A stretch of 64,000 nucleotides of DNA from Camelus ferus (GCF_009834535.1 NC_045697.1:82958001-83022000); one strand, 5' to 3'. Counted from the stretch's first letter, positions 12,600 to 25,733 are shown. Translations and numbers: made by a program. The notes: a model not told the origin generated them from the sequence alone.

Positions 12600-15535
12600 A
12601 GTTTTTACTGAGGTATTGCTGACATGGTGTATTTGTTTCAGATGTACTACACAATGATTAAATATTTGTACATTTTACAAAATGATCACCAAAATAAGTC
12701 TAGTTAACATCTGTCACCATACATGGTTACAATTTTTTTTTTGTTATGAGAACTTTTAAATCCTTTCTCTTAGCGACTTTCAAATATGCAATACAGTATT
12801 ATTACCTGTAGTCACGATTCTGTACACCACCTTTATCCTTCTCATCCACCGCCCCTGTCTCCCAACTTCTGGCAAACATCCAAACATTAATGTCTTCTCT
12901 ATATCTATGAGCATGGGTGTTCTGGGGTTTTTTTGAGGCTTTTGTTTGTTTGTTTTGTATTGGTTTTAGATTCCACATATAAGTGAGATCATATGGTATT
13001 TGTCTTTCTCTGTTTAACTTACTTGACTTAGCATAATGCCCTCAAGGTCCATTCATGTTGTCACAAATGGCAAGATTTCCTTTTTTTTAGACTGAATAAT
13101 AAATAAAATATATTTGTGTGTATATGTGTGTATATGTGTGTGTATATATGTATGAGAATCACTTCCAGCTGTGTCATTAAAGTTGTGTATGTCCATCTCT
13201 GCACATGCCTACACCAAGTGACTGTTTTCCCTCTGTAGAAATGCCAACACCATCTATCGTGGTAGAGCTCTTAGAATCAAAGACAGTCTGCTGTGATAAT
13301 ATATATAATCACAACTTCCTTATCCATTGAGGGCATGTCTGTTGTTTTCAGTATCTTGGCTATTATAAATAATGGATCAGTAAACATGGGGCAATTATAT
13401 TTTTGAGTTATTGTCTTCATTTGCTTTGGATAAATACCAAGAAATAAAATTGCTGGGTCATATGGTAGTTCTTTAATTTTCTGAGAAACTTCCGCACTGT
13501 TTTCTATAGGGGCTGTACCAATTTACACTCACATTAACAGTGCATAGGGGTTCCCTCTCACAACATCCTTGTCAAAACTTGTCATTTCTTTTTTTTTGAT
13601 GATAGTCACCCTAGCCGGTGTGAGGTGATATTTCATTGTAGTTTTGATTTGCATTTGTCTAATGATTAATGTGGCTGAGCCTCTTTTTTTTAATTGAAGT
13701 ATAGTCAGTGTCAATTTCTGGTGTATATCATAAGGTCCTAGTCATGCATATACATACATATATTGACTTTTCATATTCTTTCTCATTAAAGGTTATTACA
13801 AGATATTGAATATAGTTCCCTGTGCTATACAGAAGAAATTTGATTTTTATCTATTTTTATATATAGTGGTTAACATTTGCAAATCTCAAATTCCAAAATT
13901 TATCCCTTCCTACCCCCTTTCCCCTAGTAACCATAAGATTGTTTACTATGTCTGTGAGTCTGTTTATGTTATGTAGATGAGTTCATAGTGGCCTCTTTTT
14001 TCTTTTTATAGATTACACATATGAGTGATACCATATGGTCTTTTTCTTTCTTTTTTGGCTTACTTCACTTAAAATGATGATCTCCAGGCCTATCTATGTT
14101 TCTGCAAATGGAATTATCTTATTCTTTTTGTGGCTGAGTAGTATTCCATTCTATAAATATACCACAGCTTCTTTATCCAGTATCTGTCCATGGCCATTTA
14201 GGTTGCTTCCATGTTTTGGCTATTGTATACAGTGCTACTATGAACACTGGCATGCATGTATCTTTTCAAATTAGACTTCCCTCCAGGTATATGTGGGATT
14301 GCTGGATCATATAATAAGTCTATTTTCAGTTTTTTGAGGAATCTCTATACTGTTTTCTATAATGGCTGCACTAAACTACATTCCCACCAGCAGTGTAGGA
14401 GGGTTCCCTTTTCTCTACACCCTATCCAGCATTTATCATTTGTGGACTTTTGAATGATGGCCATTCTGACTAATGTGAGGTGATACCTCATTGCAATTTT
14501 GATTTTCATTTCTCTGATAATTAGTGACATTGAGATTTTTTTCATCTGCCTATTGGCCATTTGTATGTCTTCATTGGAGAACTTGCTTCAGTCTTCTGCC
14601 CATTTTTGGATTGGGTTGGTTTTTTTTGTTAATAAATTGTATGAGCTGTTTATATATTCTAGAAATTAAGCCTTTGTTAGTTGCATCATTTGCAAATATT
14701 TTCTCCCATCCCATAGGTTGTCATTTTGTTTTACTTATGATTTCCTTTGCTGTGCAAATGTGTATAAGTTTAATTAGGTCCCATCTGTTTATTTTTGCTT
14801 TTATTTCTATTGCCTGGGTAGACATCCCTAGGAGAACATTGCTAAGATTTATGTCAGAGAATGATTCATGTACCTGTTGGCCATCTGTATGTTTTCTTTA
14901 GAAAAATGTCTGTTCAGGTCCTCTGCCAATATTTTAATCAGATCTTTTGGGGACTTTGGGTTTTTTTTGTTTTGTTTTGTTTTGTTTTTTGCTACTGACT
15001 TGTATGAGTTCTTTATATATTTTGGATATTAACCCCTTATCAGATACATGACTTGCAAATACTTTCTCCCATTCAGTATGTTGATTTCATTTTGTGAATG
15101 CTTTCTTTTGCTGTGCATAAGCTTTTTAGCGAGGTGTAGTCCCAGCTGTTTATTTTTGTTATTGCTACCTTTGCTCTTGGTATCATATTTTTAAAAATCA
15201 TCACCAAGACTCTAATTTATCTTGAGTTAATTTCTGTGTATAATGTAACAGTGGTCCAGTTTCATTCTTTTACATGTGGCTGTCCAGTTTTCCCAACACC
15301 ATCTATTAGACTATTAGTTACCTAATGTATATTTTTGGCCCCTTTATTATAAATTAGTTGACCATATGTGCATGGGTTTATTTCTAGGCTTCCTACTCAG
15401 TTCCATAGATCTGTTTTTAATACCAATATCATACTGTTTTGATTACTACAGCTTTGTAATATAGTTTGAGGTCATGAAACATGATGCCTCCAGTTTTGTT
15501 CTTCCTTAGAATTGGTTTGGGTATTCAGGGTATTT
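12600..15535 (-). mobile_element. Older LINE-1 (L1MA-like) 3' portion, interrupted by an orphan insert (13155-13297) and a nested younger L1 (13686-14863)
   Basis: 3' UTR motif aaatgatcaccaaaataagtctagttaacatctgtcaccat. ORF2 peptide IIRQMQIKTTMKYHLTPARVTII (ORF 13529..13714). Host sequence resumes in register at 14865 (ttcatgtacctgttggccatc). Confidence 0.9.
13686..14863 (-). mobile_element. Young camelid-type LINE-1, 5'-truncated, nested in the older L1
   Basis: Starts with a T-run then aattgaagtatagtc. ORF 14357..14560 (MANRQMKK...[20 protein letters not shown]...HCWWEC) is L1 ORF2. Shares the diagnostic ttgcctgggtagac...ggagaacattgctaaga with the 866-2313 copy. Confidence 0.93.
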
Positions 15536-16261
15536 TTTACCATAATGTTTTAAAATTTGAGTACTGATATTATCCCAGATTTTTATATAAAAAGTTTCAT
15601 AAGGAGAGTGATTTTATTTTAAAATTTTAGAGAATAGTTTAGATTAAATTATGAATTACAAAAAAGTACTTTGTTCTAAAATTTATGCTTAATATGTAAA
15701 AGCACAGTTATAGACATTTCATATAAAAGTCAAATAGTGTACATAAACTTGTGAAATTTTACTTAAAAATGAGATATACTTTTGATACAAATCCAAAATA
15801 ATATAAATAGGATAGAAACAATAATTGAGGATGTATTAAATATTATGATAATTTTGTCTATAAATATGAGCTATAATTTATTTAAGTGAAATTAAAACAA
15901 TTGAATATTTGTACTATGTAAAAACATGACTTAATATAAATAAGTCAAAGAAATATGTATGTGTAGGTATATTTATACTTATGAAATTTAAGTTACTTAA
16001 CTTCACAAGTCTTATAGTTTTTATATTTTACCCTTATCCTAACCTGGTATTTCTAGCAATGCCTACAGAAGTTTTTATCTACTATGAAAACAAAATTCAA
16101 CATTCATAAGTGTTTCTAATTGGCCTATGAATATAATGATTAATTTTTATTTACATTGCTCTTTAATAAATTTTGTGAAGATTCAGGTAATGTATTACTT
16201 AAAAGAAATGAGTGTGATATTTTGGTATTACTACCATGCTTTTGGCAATATACATTAGTTT

Positions 16262-16365
16262 AGCCATCCATTATTCATTGATTCACTCATTTAACAAATA
16301 AATATTAAGCATCTACCATGCGGTAGGCACTGTTATTAGGACATGATATTAACCAATGAACAAAA
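16262..16365 (-). mobile_element. L2 3'-end relic
   Basis: ttcattgattcactcatttaacaaataaatattaagcatctaccatgcggtaggcactgtt is the typical antisense L2 3' terminus. Confidence 0.7.
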
Positions 16366-16949
16366 TTTGTGTTTATGTTACATTGGATCCATTCCTCACA
16401 TGTAGCTGCTAAAAAAGACCAACCCAACCTGGCCACTACCACTACAAAAAAAATTATTTTCATTTAAGACTGTTCAAATTAAGACTGTGCCAAATAACCT
16501 GCATTAATGAACTCCCCACAACTCTATTTAAAAGTCCAGCCTTAAGGATCATGCACATCTGTCTTTAAGCATTTTCATCAGGTGAATATTCTAGTCATAA
16601 TTTTTTCTCATACCAGTGAAGCCTATTATTTGGCATTTATTAAAAATTACATTTTCTACATATAATGCTCCATCTTCTGTTATCTTCCCAATTTCTTTCA
16701 CTTAACTGTTTAAAGCCTTCAGTGGTATCTTGATGATCTTCAATATAGGAGGAATGACTCAGGATTTCCATCTGCTACCATGCTACCAAAGAGCACCCAT
16801 AGAGTGCTGAATATTAAAGAATAAGCTCTCTTCTTAATAAACAAGAAAGGTACGTCTAAAAAAGCAAGATGAATAAAGCCATCTGCTTGAAGTCATTGAT
16901 GTGAACTAGAAAAAAGACAAAATCATAATCTGTCATTGGCATTAGCAAA

Positions 16950-17080
16950 ACCTTGGTTTCAATTCTATTACTATGATTAGTAATTGTATGACTACAATTG
17001 CAGTCAATTACCCACTAAATTTCACTTTGCTTATCAGGAAAAAATAAATAATAGCAACTATCTCATAATGTAGGTTTCAT
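16950..17080 (+). mobile_element. MIR relic
   Basis: ccttggtttcaattct...tgtatgact...ataatagcaactatctcataatgt resembles a degenerate MIR core and 3' part. Confidence 0.5.
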
Positions 17081-17401
17081 AATTATATACATAATACACT
17101 ATTTTATATTTAGGTATAGTTGATTTACAATATTATGTTTCAGGTGTACAAAATAGTGATTGACAAATTTTAAAGGTTACACTCCTGTTACAGTTCTTAT
17201 AAAATATTGGCTTTATTCCTTGTGCTGTACATGATATCCTTGTAACATATATTTTATACTTGGCATTTCGTAGTTCTTAATTTCCTAACCCTATCTTGAC
17301 CCTCCCCACTTCCCTCTCCCTACTGGTAACCACTTGTTTGTTCTCCATAGGTCTGAAGTCTGTTTCATTTTTACTGTATTTACAAGTTTGTCTTATTTTT
17401 T

Positions 17402-20400
17402 TTAGATTTCACATATAAGTGATATCATACAGTATTTATCTTTCTCTGTCTGATTTATTTCATAAGCATAATACTTCCAAGTCCATCCATGTTGTTGCAA
17501 ATGGCAAAATTTCATTCTTTTCTGTGGTTGAGTAGTATATCAGTGTATATAAACATATCACATCTTCTTTATCCATTCATCTCTTGATGGACATTTAACT
17601 TGCTCCCATGTCTTTTTTTTTAATTTATTTTTAATTTTTTAAATTTATTTTGATTTTGTTTTTCTTGAGGGGAGGAGAGAGGTAATTAGGTTTGTTTATT
17701 TATTATTAATTTTTATTTAACAGTTACTAAGGATCAAACCCATGACCCTGTGCATGCTAAGCATGCACTCTACCACTGAGCTATATCCATCCCCTCTCCT
17801 TTCATGTCTTGGCTGTTGTAAATAGTGCTGCTATGAGCATTGGAAGCATATATGTTTTCAAATTAAAGTTTTGTCTGGATATATGCCCAGGAGTGGGATC
17901 ACTGGATCATATGACAACTCTATTTTTAGTATTTTGAGAAACCTCCATACTGTTTTCCATTGTGGCTGCACCAATGTACACTCCCACCAACAATGTACAA
18001 GGGTTTCCTTTTCTCCACATCCTCTCCAACATTTGTTATCTGTAGACTTGTTGATGATAGCCATTCTGACAGATATGAGGTAATATCTTGTTGTTTTGAA
18101 TTGCCTATCTATAATAATTATCAATGTTGAGCATGTTTTCATGTCTCTGTTAGTCATCTGTATGTTTTCTTTGGAAAAATATCCATTCAGATCTGCTACT
18201 CATTTTTGATTGGGTTGTTTATTTTTTGATATTGAGTAATATGAGCTGTTTATATATTTTGAATATTAACCCCTCATCAGTCAAATCATTTGCAAATATT
18301 TTCTTTCATTCTGTAGGTAGTCTTTTGGTTTTGTCATTGATTCCTTTCCTTCTGCTGTGCAGAAGATTTTAAGTTTAATTAGGTCCCATGTATTTAATTT
18401 TGCACTTATTTCTTTTTCCTTAAGAGGCAAATCCAAAAAGATACTGCTTTGATTTATGTTGCGGTGTTCTGCCTTATTTCTCTTCCAGTAGTTTTATGAT
18501 TTTAGGTCTTACATTCAGGTCTTTAATTCATTTTTAATTTACTTTTGTATATACTGTTAGGAAATGTTCTAATTTCATTGTTTTACATTGTAGCTGTCCA
18601 GTTTTCCCAGAAACACTTGTTGACGAGACTGTCTTTTCTCCATTGAATATTCTTGTTTCTTCTGTTAATAGATTAAATGACCATAAGTGCATGGGTTTAT
18701 TTCTGAACTATCTATTCTGTTCCATTGTTCTGTGTGTCTGTCTTTGTGCCAGCCCCATTCTGCTTCGATTAATGTAACTTTGTAGTAGAGTATAGTCTGA
18801 AGTCAGAAGGATAATACTTTCAGCTTTATCTTTTTTCTCAAGATTGCTTTTGCAATTGTTCGTCTTTTGTGAGTCCATAAGAGTTTTAGGATTATTTATA
18901 CTAGCTCTATGAAAACCATCATGGGTGTTTTGATAGAGATTGCATTAAATTTGTAGATTGCCTTGGGGAGTATGGCCATTTTACAGTATTAATTCTTCTC
19001 ATCAAAAAGCATAGGATTTCTTTCCATTTCTTTGTATCATCTTCAATTTATTTCATCAGTGTTTTACAGTTTTAGAGTATAGATCTCTCACCTCCTACAT
19101 TAAGTTTATTCCTAGGTATTCTTTATGTGATTTTATTCATGACTTTTTACTTTCTCTTTTGGATATTTCATTATTAGTATATGGAAATGCAGCAGATTTC
19201 ACTATCTTAATCTTCTATCTTGCAAATTTCTGAATTCACTTAATAGTTCTAATAGTTTTGGGGTGGAGACTTCAGAGTTTTCTATTAAAGTAAGTCATCT
19301 GCAAATAGTGGCAGTTTTACCTGTTCCCTTCCAATGTGAATGCCTTTTATTTTTCTTGTCTGATTACTATGGCTAGGACTTCCAATACTATGTTAAATTG
19401 AAGTGGTGAGAGTGGGCATCTTTGTCTTGTTCCTGAACTTAAAGGAAAGGCTTTCAGCTTTTTAAAAATGTGTATGATGTTGGCTGTGAATTTGTCATAA
19501 ATGGTTTTTATTATATAGAGTTAAGTTCCCTCTAGACTCACTTTGATTAGAGTTTCTATCATGAATGGATGATAAATTTTGTCAAATGTTTTTCTGCATC
19601 TGTTGAGATGGTTGTGTGATTTTTATTCTTCCTTTTGTTAATGTGGTGTATCGTACAAATTGATTTATGAATGGTGAGCCATCCTTATGACCCTGGAATA
19701 AATCCAACTTGATAGTGTATGAACTTTTTAATATATTGTTGGATGCAGTTTACTAGTATTTTGTTGAGAATTTTTTCTCCTATATTTATAATTTTCTTTT
19801 TTGTAGTATCTTTGTCTGGTTTTGGCATCAGGATAACAGTGGTCTCCTGGTAGGAACTGGAGATGTTTCTATCTGCTTCAATTTTTTTGAAATTGTTTTA
19901 CAAGAATAGATATTCATTTTTCTTTATATATTTGGTAGTATTCCCCTGTGAAGCCATCTAGTCCTGGACTTTTGTGTGCTGGGAGTTTTTAAATTACATA
20001 TTCAATTTCACTACTAGTGATTGGTCTGTTCAAATTGTCCCTTCTTGATTCAGTCTTGGCAGGTTGTATGTTTCTAGAAATCTGTCCATTTCTTCTAGGT
20101 TGTCTAATTTGTTGGCATGTAATTGTTCATAGTTTTCTCTTATGATTTATTTGTATTTCTGTGGTATCAGTTGTTATTTCTCCTCTTATGCCTTATTTTG
20201 TTTTTGTTTTTGAGTCTTCTCTCTTTTCTTCTGATATGTCTGGCTAAAGGCTTATCAATTTTGTTAATCTTTTCAAAAACATGCTCTTGGTTTTATTTCT
20301 TTTCTAATTTTTTTTCCCTATTTCTTTTCTGATCTTTGTTATTCTCTTTATTCTGCTGACTTTGGGCTTTGTTCTTTTTCTAATTATTTTAGAAGGTAAG

Positions 20401-21332
20401 TTAGGTTGTTTGAGATTTTTCTTGTTTTCTGAGGAAGGCCTGTATCGCTATGAACTTTCATCTTAGAGCCACTTTTGGGCTGCATCCCTTAGACTTTAGA
20501 ATGCTGTGTTTTCACTTTAATTTATCTACAGGTATTTTCTTATTTCAAATATGATTTCTATACTCACACATTGAGTTTTCAAAAGTATGTTGTTTAGTCT
20601 TCAAGTATTTGATCTTTTCTCATTTTTTCTTAGAGTTCTATAGTTGAAATCTAGTTTCATATTGTTGTGGTCAGAAAAAAAAAATGCTTGCTATAATATC
20701 TGTCCTTTTAAATTTGTTGAGATTTGTTTTATGGCCTAGCATGTGATCCATCCTATAGAACATTCCATGTGCACTTGAAAAATGTGTATTCTTCTGTTTT
20801 GGGGTACAATGTCCTCTAGATACTTATTAAATCCAACTGGTCTATTGTATCATTTAGGACCACTGTCACCTTACTGATTTTATGTCTGGATAATCTGTCC
20901 ATTTATATCAGTGGGGCATTCAAGTCTACTATTACTGTATTATTGTCAAGTCCTCCTTATACGTCTGTTAGTATTTGCTTCATATATTTAGGTGCTTCTG
21001 TATTGGATTTGTATATGTTAATGAATGTAATATATCCTCTCCTTGTATTGATTCTTTTATCATTATATAATGCCTTTTTTTGTCTCTTGTTGTAGTTTTC
21101 ACTTTACAGTCTATTTTGTCTGGTAGGAGTATTGCTCTCCCCACTTTCTTGTCATTTTCATTTGCAGGAGGTATCTATCCATCCCCTCACTTTCAGTCTC
21201 TGTGGGTCTAGCTCTGAGGTGAGTCTTCTGCAGGCAGTATATTGAAGGGTCTTGGATTTTTTTAATCCATTTAGTCACCCTATGTCTTCTGATCAGAGCA
21301 TTTAGTCCACTGACATTGAAAGTAATTGCCAT
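17402..21332 (-). pseudogene. L1 ORF2p (endonuclease / reverse transcriptase), disrupted
   Basis: N-terminus MAITFNVSGLNALIRRHRVTKWIKK..DPSIYCLQKTH is the APE-like EN domain. C-terminus reads ...DKYCMISLICEI* with the stop at 17402-17404. Many stops and frameshifts. Confidence 0.9.
17615..17795 (-). mobile_element. Vic-1-like camelid tRNA-derived SINE (long form)
   Basis: Reverse complement reads ggggatggatatagctcagtggtagagtgcatgcttagcatgcacagggtcatgggtttgatcc (A/B boxes), then an AT-rich spacer, aaacctaattacc and an A-rich tail. Imperfect TSD ctcccatgtctt (17603-17614) / ctttcatgtctt (17799-17810). Confidence 0.9.
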
Positions 21333-21740
21333 TTTTATTACTTGTTTTCAGTTTTCCCTTTTCATTTCTTTCTTTTTTTCTTCCCTTTAGGTTTGATGAT
21401 TTCCTTAGTAGTACACTTGTGATTCTTTCATTTTGTTTTTTGTATAGCTACAGGTTTTTGATTTGTGGTTCAATGGATTCATGTATGTTGACCCATAATG
21501 TTTAAAACTAGTAGTAATTTAAGCTCAAATACATCGTAAGATATCTACATTCTTTACTACCTTCCCCCACGTTTTGGGGTTTTGTCTTCATATTTTACAT
21601 CTTTCATGCTCATCTCTTAACTGTTTATTGTAGTTAGAGTTGCTTTTATTCTTTTAATCTACATATCTTCAATTCTTACTATATATTTGCCTTTTTAATT
21701 GGGATTTTTCTTTTCCTATAGATTCTTACTACTTTTCCAT

Positions 21741-22596
21741 TTAGAGAAAACCCTTCAACATTTCTTTTAGAGTAGGTTTAGTATTGATAAATTCTTTTAG
21801 TTTTTGCTTGCCTGAGAAATTTTTTCACTCTCTGTTCTAAATAATAATGTTGCTGGGTGGAGTATCCTAAGTTCTAAGTTTTTCCCTTTCTTTGGGACTT
21901 TGAATATATCGTGTCACTCTCTTCAGGCTTGCAAAATTTCTGCAGAGATGATAGCCTTATGGGGATTGCCTTGTATGTGGTTCTTTGTTTTTCTCTTGCT
22001 GCCTTTAGAATTCTCTCTTTATCTTTTGCCATTTTAATCATGAGATACCTTGGTGTGTGGATCTCTTTGGGGTCATCTTGTTTGGGACCCTCTATTCTTC
22101 CTGTGCTTGGATATGTTTCCTTCTTCTGCATTGGGATGTTTTCATGCATAATTTCTTCAACTACATTTATGATCCTGTCCCTCTTCTTCTTCTGGAACCT
22201 CTATATTGTGAATGTTATAATGCCTAATGTTGTTCTAAAGATCTCTTAGATTGCTTTCATTTTGTAAATTTCATTTTCTTTCTCCTGTTCTGATTGTTTG
22301 ATTTCTGTTATTCTGTCTTTCAAACCACTTATGTGTTCTGCTGTATCACTTAATCTCCTTTTCATTCCTTCTAGTGTGTTTCAGCTATGAAATTGTTTTT
22401 ATGGTTTATTTATATTTCCTGGTTCTTTGAAAAATATTCAGTGTTTAGATCAATTCTTTTTACTAATTCAGTTAACATTTTTATTACCACATTTTGAGTT
22501 CTTTATTGGTAATTATTTATTTCTGTTTCATAGTTTTTCAGGGTTTTTTTTTTTTTCTTGCTCTTTCAATTGAGAGTAGTTACTTTGCCTTTTCAT
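21741..22596 (-). pseudogene. L1 ORF1p, disrupted
   Basis: Start MKRQSNYSQLKEQEK at 22596; internal TPRYLMIKMAKDKERILKAAREKQ...YKAIPIRLS (ORF 21874..22149); end ...LKEMLKGFL* with the stop at 21741-21743. Confidence 0.88.
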
Positions 22597-23771
22597 CTTA
22601 ACTTTCTCTGCCTTTATGAATTTATGTGAAATGGTTACTTATGGTGGTCTTGAAGGGGTTTTCATCCCCTTCAAGGTGAGTGCATCCCTATGCAGACTGC
22701 CCAGTGCTTTTGGTGGAAGGGCTGGATTTGGTACAGATGCCAGTTAAGTCTTTGCTCAGGATGTGCTGGCAACTCTCACCTTGGTAGTGGGTGGGGTTGG
22801 AGGTGGAGTGGTTAGAAACTGGCAATGGTGTGAAGTGGGACTATGTCTCTGGTTAGTGACTGTCATTACCTCCTCAGGGATAGGATCTGATCCCAAGTTG
22901 CTAACAGAGCACTGAGCATTGGACTTGGGCTAGCTCTGTTTCCTTTAAGTGTAGGATTTTTCCTCTCCCTGTACCAGGATCTTTGCCTCAGTAGAGGGGA
23001 GTGCTGAAGCAAGAAGAGCCTGTATGCATTCAGAGGTCTGATGCACTGCTTGTGTAGGTGTCTTCAGCTCTGCTCAAATGCAGCCCATAGTCGAGCTGGT
23101 CCTGGCCGTCACATGTCCAGTGCCATACTGTATGGTATGATCTGAGTAGGACTGGAGCATTTTCTTGGTTTGAGTTGGGTGTACTAGGCTGAGGCATACT
23201 GTGAGGTAGTCATGGAAACCTGTCAGCCTCTAGAGCACACCTCTCTGAAATGTCTAAGGAACAATATATCCCTTTGTGTCTCATAGCTGATCACTGTCCC
23301 CAGCTTTCACTACTCCCATCTTGCTCTAGCACCACTCTGCACATGAGGCAGGGCCCATATGATTTCTCTGCATGTATAGTTCCTCATGAGTAGAATCCAA
23401 GCTTCTTCAGTCTTTCTGTCTGTCCCATAATTTCTTCAACTAGCCAAGGGGCTTGTCTCCTCCATGTAGGACCCCAGAACTGGGATGCCCAGTCTATGGC
23501 TTAATCCACTAACTCCCCTGGGTAAGTGTCTGCCAGTTCAATCTCCATTTTCCTCTGAGTCCCCTCCCAGGAGCATAGGTCTGACCTGATCACTTTTCTT
23601 CCCTTCCTACCCAATTATGTGTGTATCTTTTTTACCGTCTCGGTCATACAGGAGTCTTTCTGCCAGCTTCATTAGTTTCCAGTGAGGATTGTTCCACATG
23701 TAGATTATTTTTGATGTGTTTGTCAGGGGAGGTGAGTTCCACACCCTCTTATTCCACATCTTGATTACCCT

Positions 23772-25733
23772 CACTATGTCTTTTCAGTGGGGTATATAGT
23801 CTATATTTTCATCTAAAGTAATAATTTATAGAAAAAATTTATTGTCACCTTGTTTTTTTCTCATGATTTTTTTAGTTCTTTTTTTTTTGGAGGGGGGTTC
23901 TTTTCCTTTTTTTTTTTTTTTTTTTTTTTTGCTATTGATATGCTTTGATTCTTTTCTTTTTCTTTTGTGTAACTTCTGTAGCTATTTTATGTGTGTATGG
24001 TTACCTTGGGACTTACATTGTTGTTATAGGATATTTCATTTATTTTAAGCTGATAACAAACTTAAGTTCAATACAAAAACTCTGTTAATGTCTCATCTAT
24101 CCACATTTTAGGTGTTGTCACAATTAACATCTATTTATGTTGTGTATCTTTAACATTTTAGTTATAGTTATTTTTAATACTTTTATACTAGGATTAAGTT
24201 ATCTACCCACCACCATTTCAGTAATGTAATATTCTGTAATATTTTGTATTGGGCTGGTCTAGTGGTTATGAACTCCTTCAGTTTTTGTTTGTATGGGAAA
24301 GTCTTTATCACTCCTTTATTTTGGAAGGACAGTTTTGCTAGATACTGTATTTTTGGTTGGCATTCTTTTCCTTTCAGCCTTTGAATATATCACCCATTCA
24401 CTTTTGGCTTGCAAAATTTCTGCTAAAAATTATTTCCATGATGTTATGGAGATCCCCTTGTATGTGACAAGTTGCTGTCCTCTTTTTGTTTACAAAATTC
24501 TCTGTCTTTGACTTGATAATTTCTTTGGGTTTTTATTATTTGATTACATTTCAGCTAGCTATTTGTATCTATATGTTAATTTCCATACCCAGATTTGGGA
24601 AGTTTTCAGCCATTTTTTTGGAATAAGCTTTCTGGTCCTTTCCTCTCCTTCTCAAATTCCTATAATGCATATATTATTTCACTTAAGATATCCCTTAAGT
24701 CCCATAAAATATATTCACATTTTTAAAAAATCATTTTTCTTTCCTGATTGAATTATTTCTCCTGATTTGACTTTGAGTTCACTGATCCTTTGTTCTGTTT
24801 GATCTAATATTATTTTAAAATTTATAATCAAATTTTCAGTTACCATGATTTGTTTAGTATTTTTTTTTTAATATTTTCTGTCTCTTTGTGGAATTTTCAC
24901 TTTGTACATAGATTGTTCTCTTGACTTAGGTGAGCATCTTTACAAGAGTCATTTTAAAATTCTCTATTAGGTAAATCATATAACTCTGTTTCATTAGAGT
25001 CAGTTTCTCAAAATTTATCTTGTTCCTTTGGGATATCTTTGCCTGATTCTTTATTTTTCTTGACTCTCTTTTTGATGTTTGTGCATTGGACAAAGCAGTC
25101 ACTTCTTGTAGTCTTCATAGACTGGCACCTCTCCCTGTCTCAGTGCTGAACTTGAATGAGCTTCAAAGGTGGTAAGAGAAAATTTAGTTCTCTGGGCAGC
25201 CCCAGAGAAGTTTCAATACTGATGCACAGATAAACTCTTTCCCTCTCCAGGGAGGAAGCTGAGCGTGTCATTTTTGCCTGTTCACTCTGTGCTGGGCAGG
25301 GAGTGGGAACAATGATGTCTGCCAGCCCAAGTCACCATTTCTGTACTCCCCTGGGCAGCTATCTTGTGCTGGAACATTAGACTTTCAAGAAGGCCAAGAC
25401 AGAAGCCAGACTTCTGTGTATCTCCCTTGGAGAAGTTGGGGTGCTAGATGCATGAGCAAAGCCTTCTCTTCTTGAATGAAGCTGAGAGGTATAGAGTCTC
25501 TTCCTGATCACATGGCACTGTACTAGAGGCAGTCTTTAGTCAGCAGGTATCTTGAATCTCCCTACTTGTTCAGTGAGTCTGTCTTTGTGTTCTCCTGGGG
25601 TGTGAGAGACTTTGAATTCATTTCTGACTTCTCACAAAGGGAATGTGTTCATGAATTGTTACTGAAATTGTGTGTTTGTTGGGGAATGAGGGTCCAGGGC
25701 TTGCTACTAGGCATCTTCCTAATATAATTCCTC
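23772..25733 (-). mobile_element. Older LINE-1 5' portion (ORF2 start, ORF1, 5' UTR); 3' part missing
   Basis: Antisense ORF1 motifs gggctggtctagtggttatgaactccttcagttttt and tcagcctttgaatatatcacccattc. 5' terminus ttgctactaggcatcttcctaatataattcc. Confidence 0.85.

Larger units (their letters stand above)
17101..23771 (-). mobile_element. Near-full-length decayed LINE-1 (~6.5 kb: 5' UTR, ORF1, ORF2, 3' UTR) with a Vic-1 SINE inserted
   Basis: Continuous collinear L1 sequence. 3' end aggtatagttgatttacaatatt; ORF2 and ORF1 remnants as listed below; 5' end ...ttattccacatcttgattaccctc, a GCCATCTTG-like (YY1-type) L1 start on the antisense strand. Confidence 0.95.

Noticed and set aside
17720..17795. 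tRNA-like sequences with A and B boxes (also ~30755-30832 and ~32858-32932)
   Set aside because: These are SINE heads with A-rich tails and TSDs; they are diverged and are not bona fide tRNA genes.
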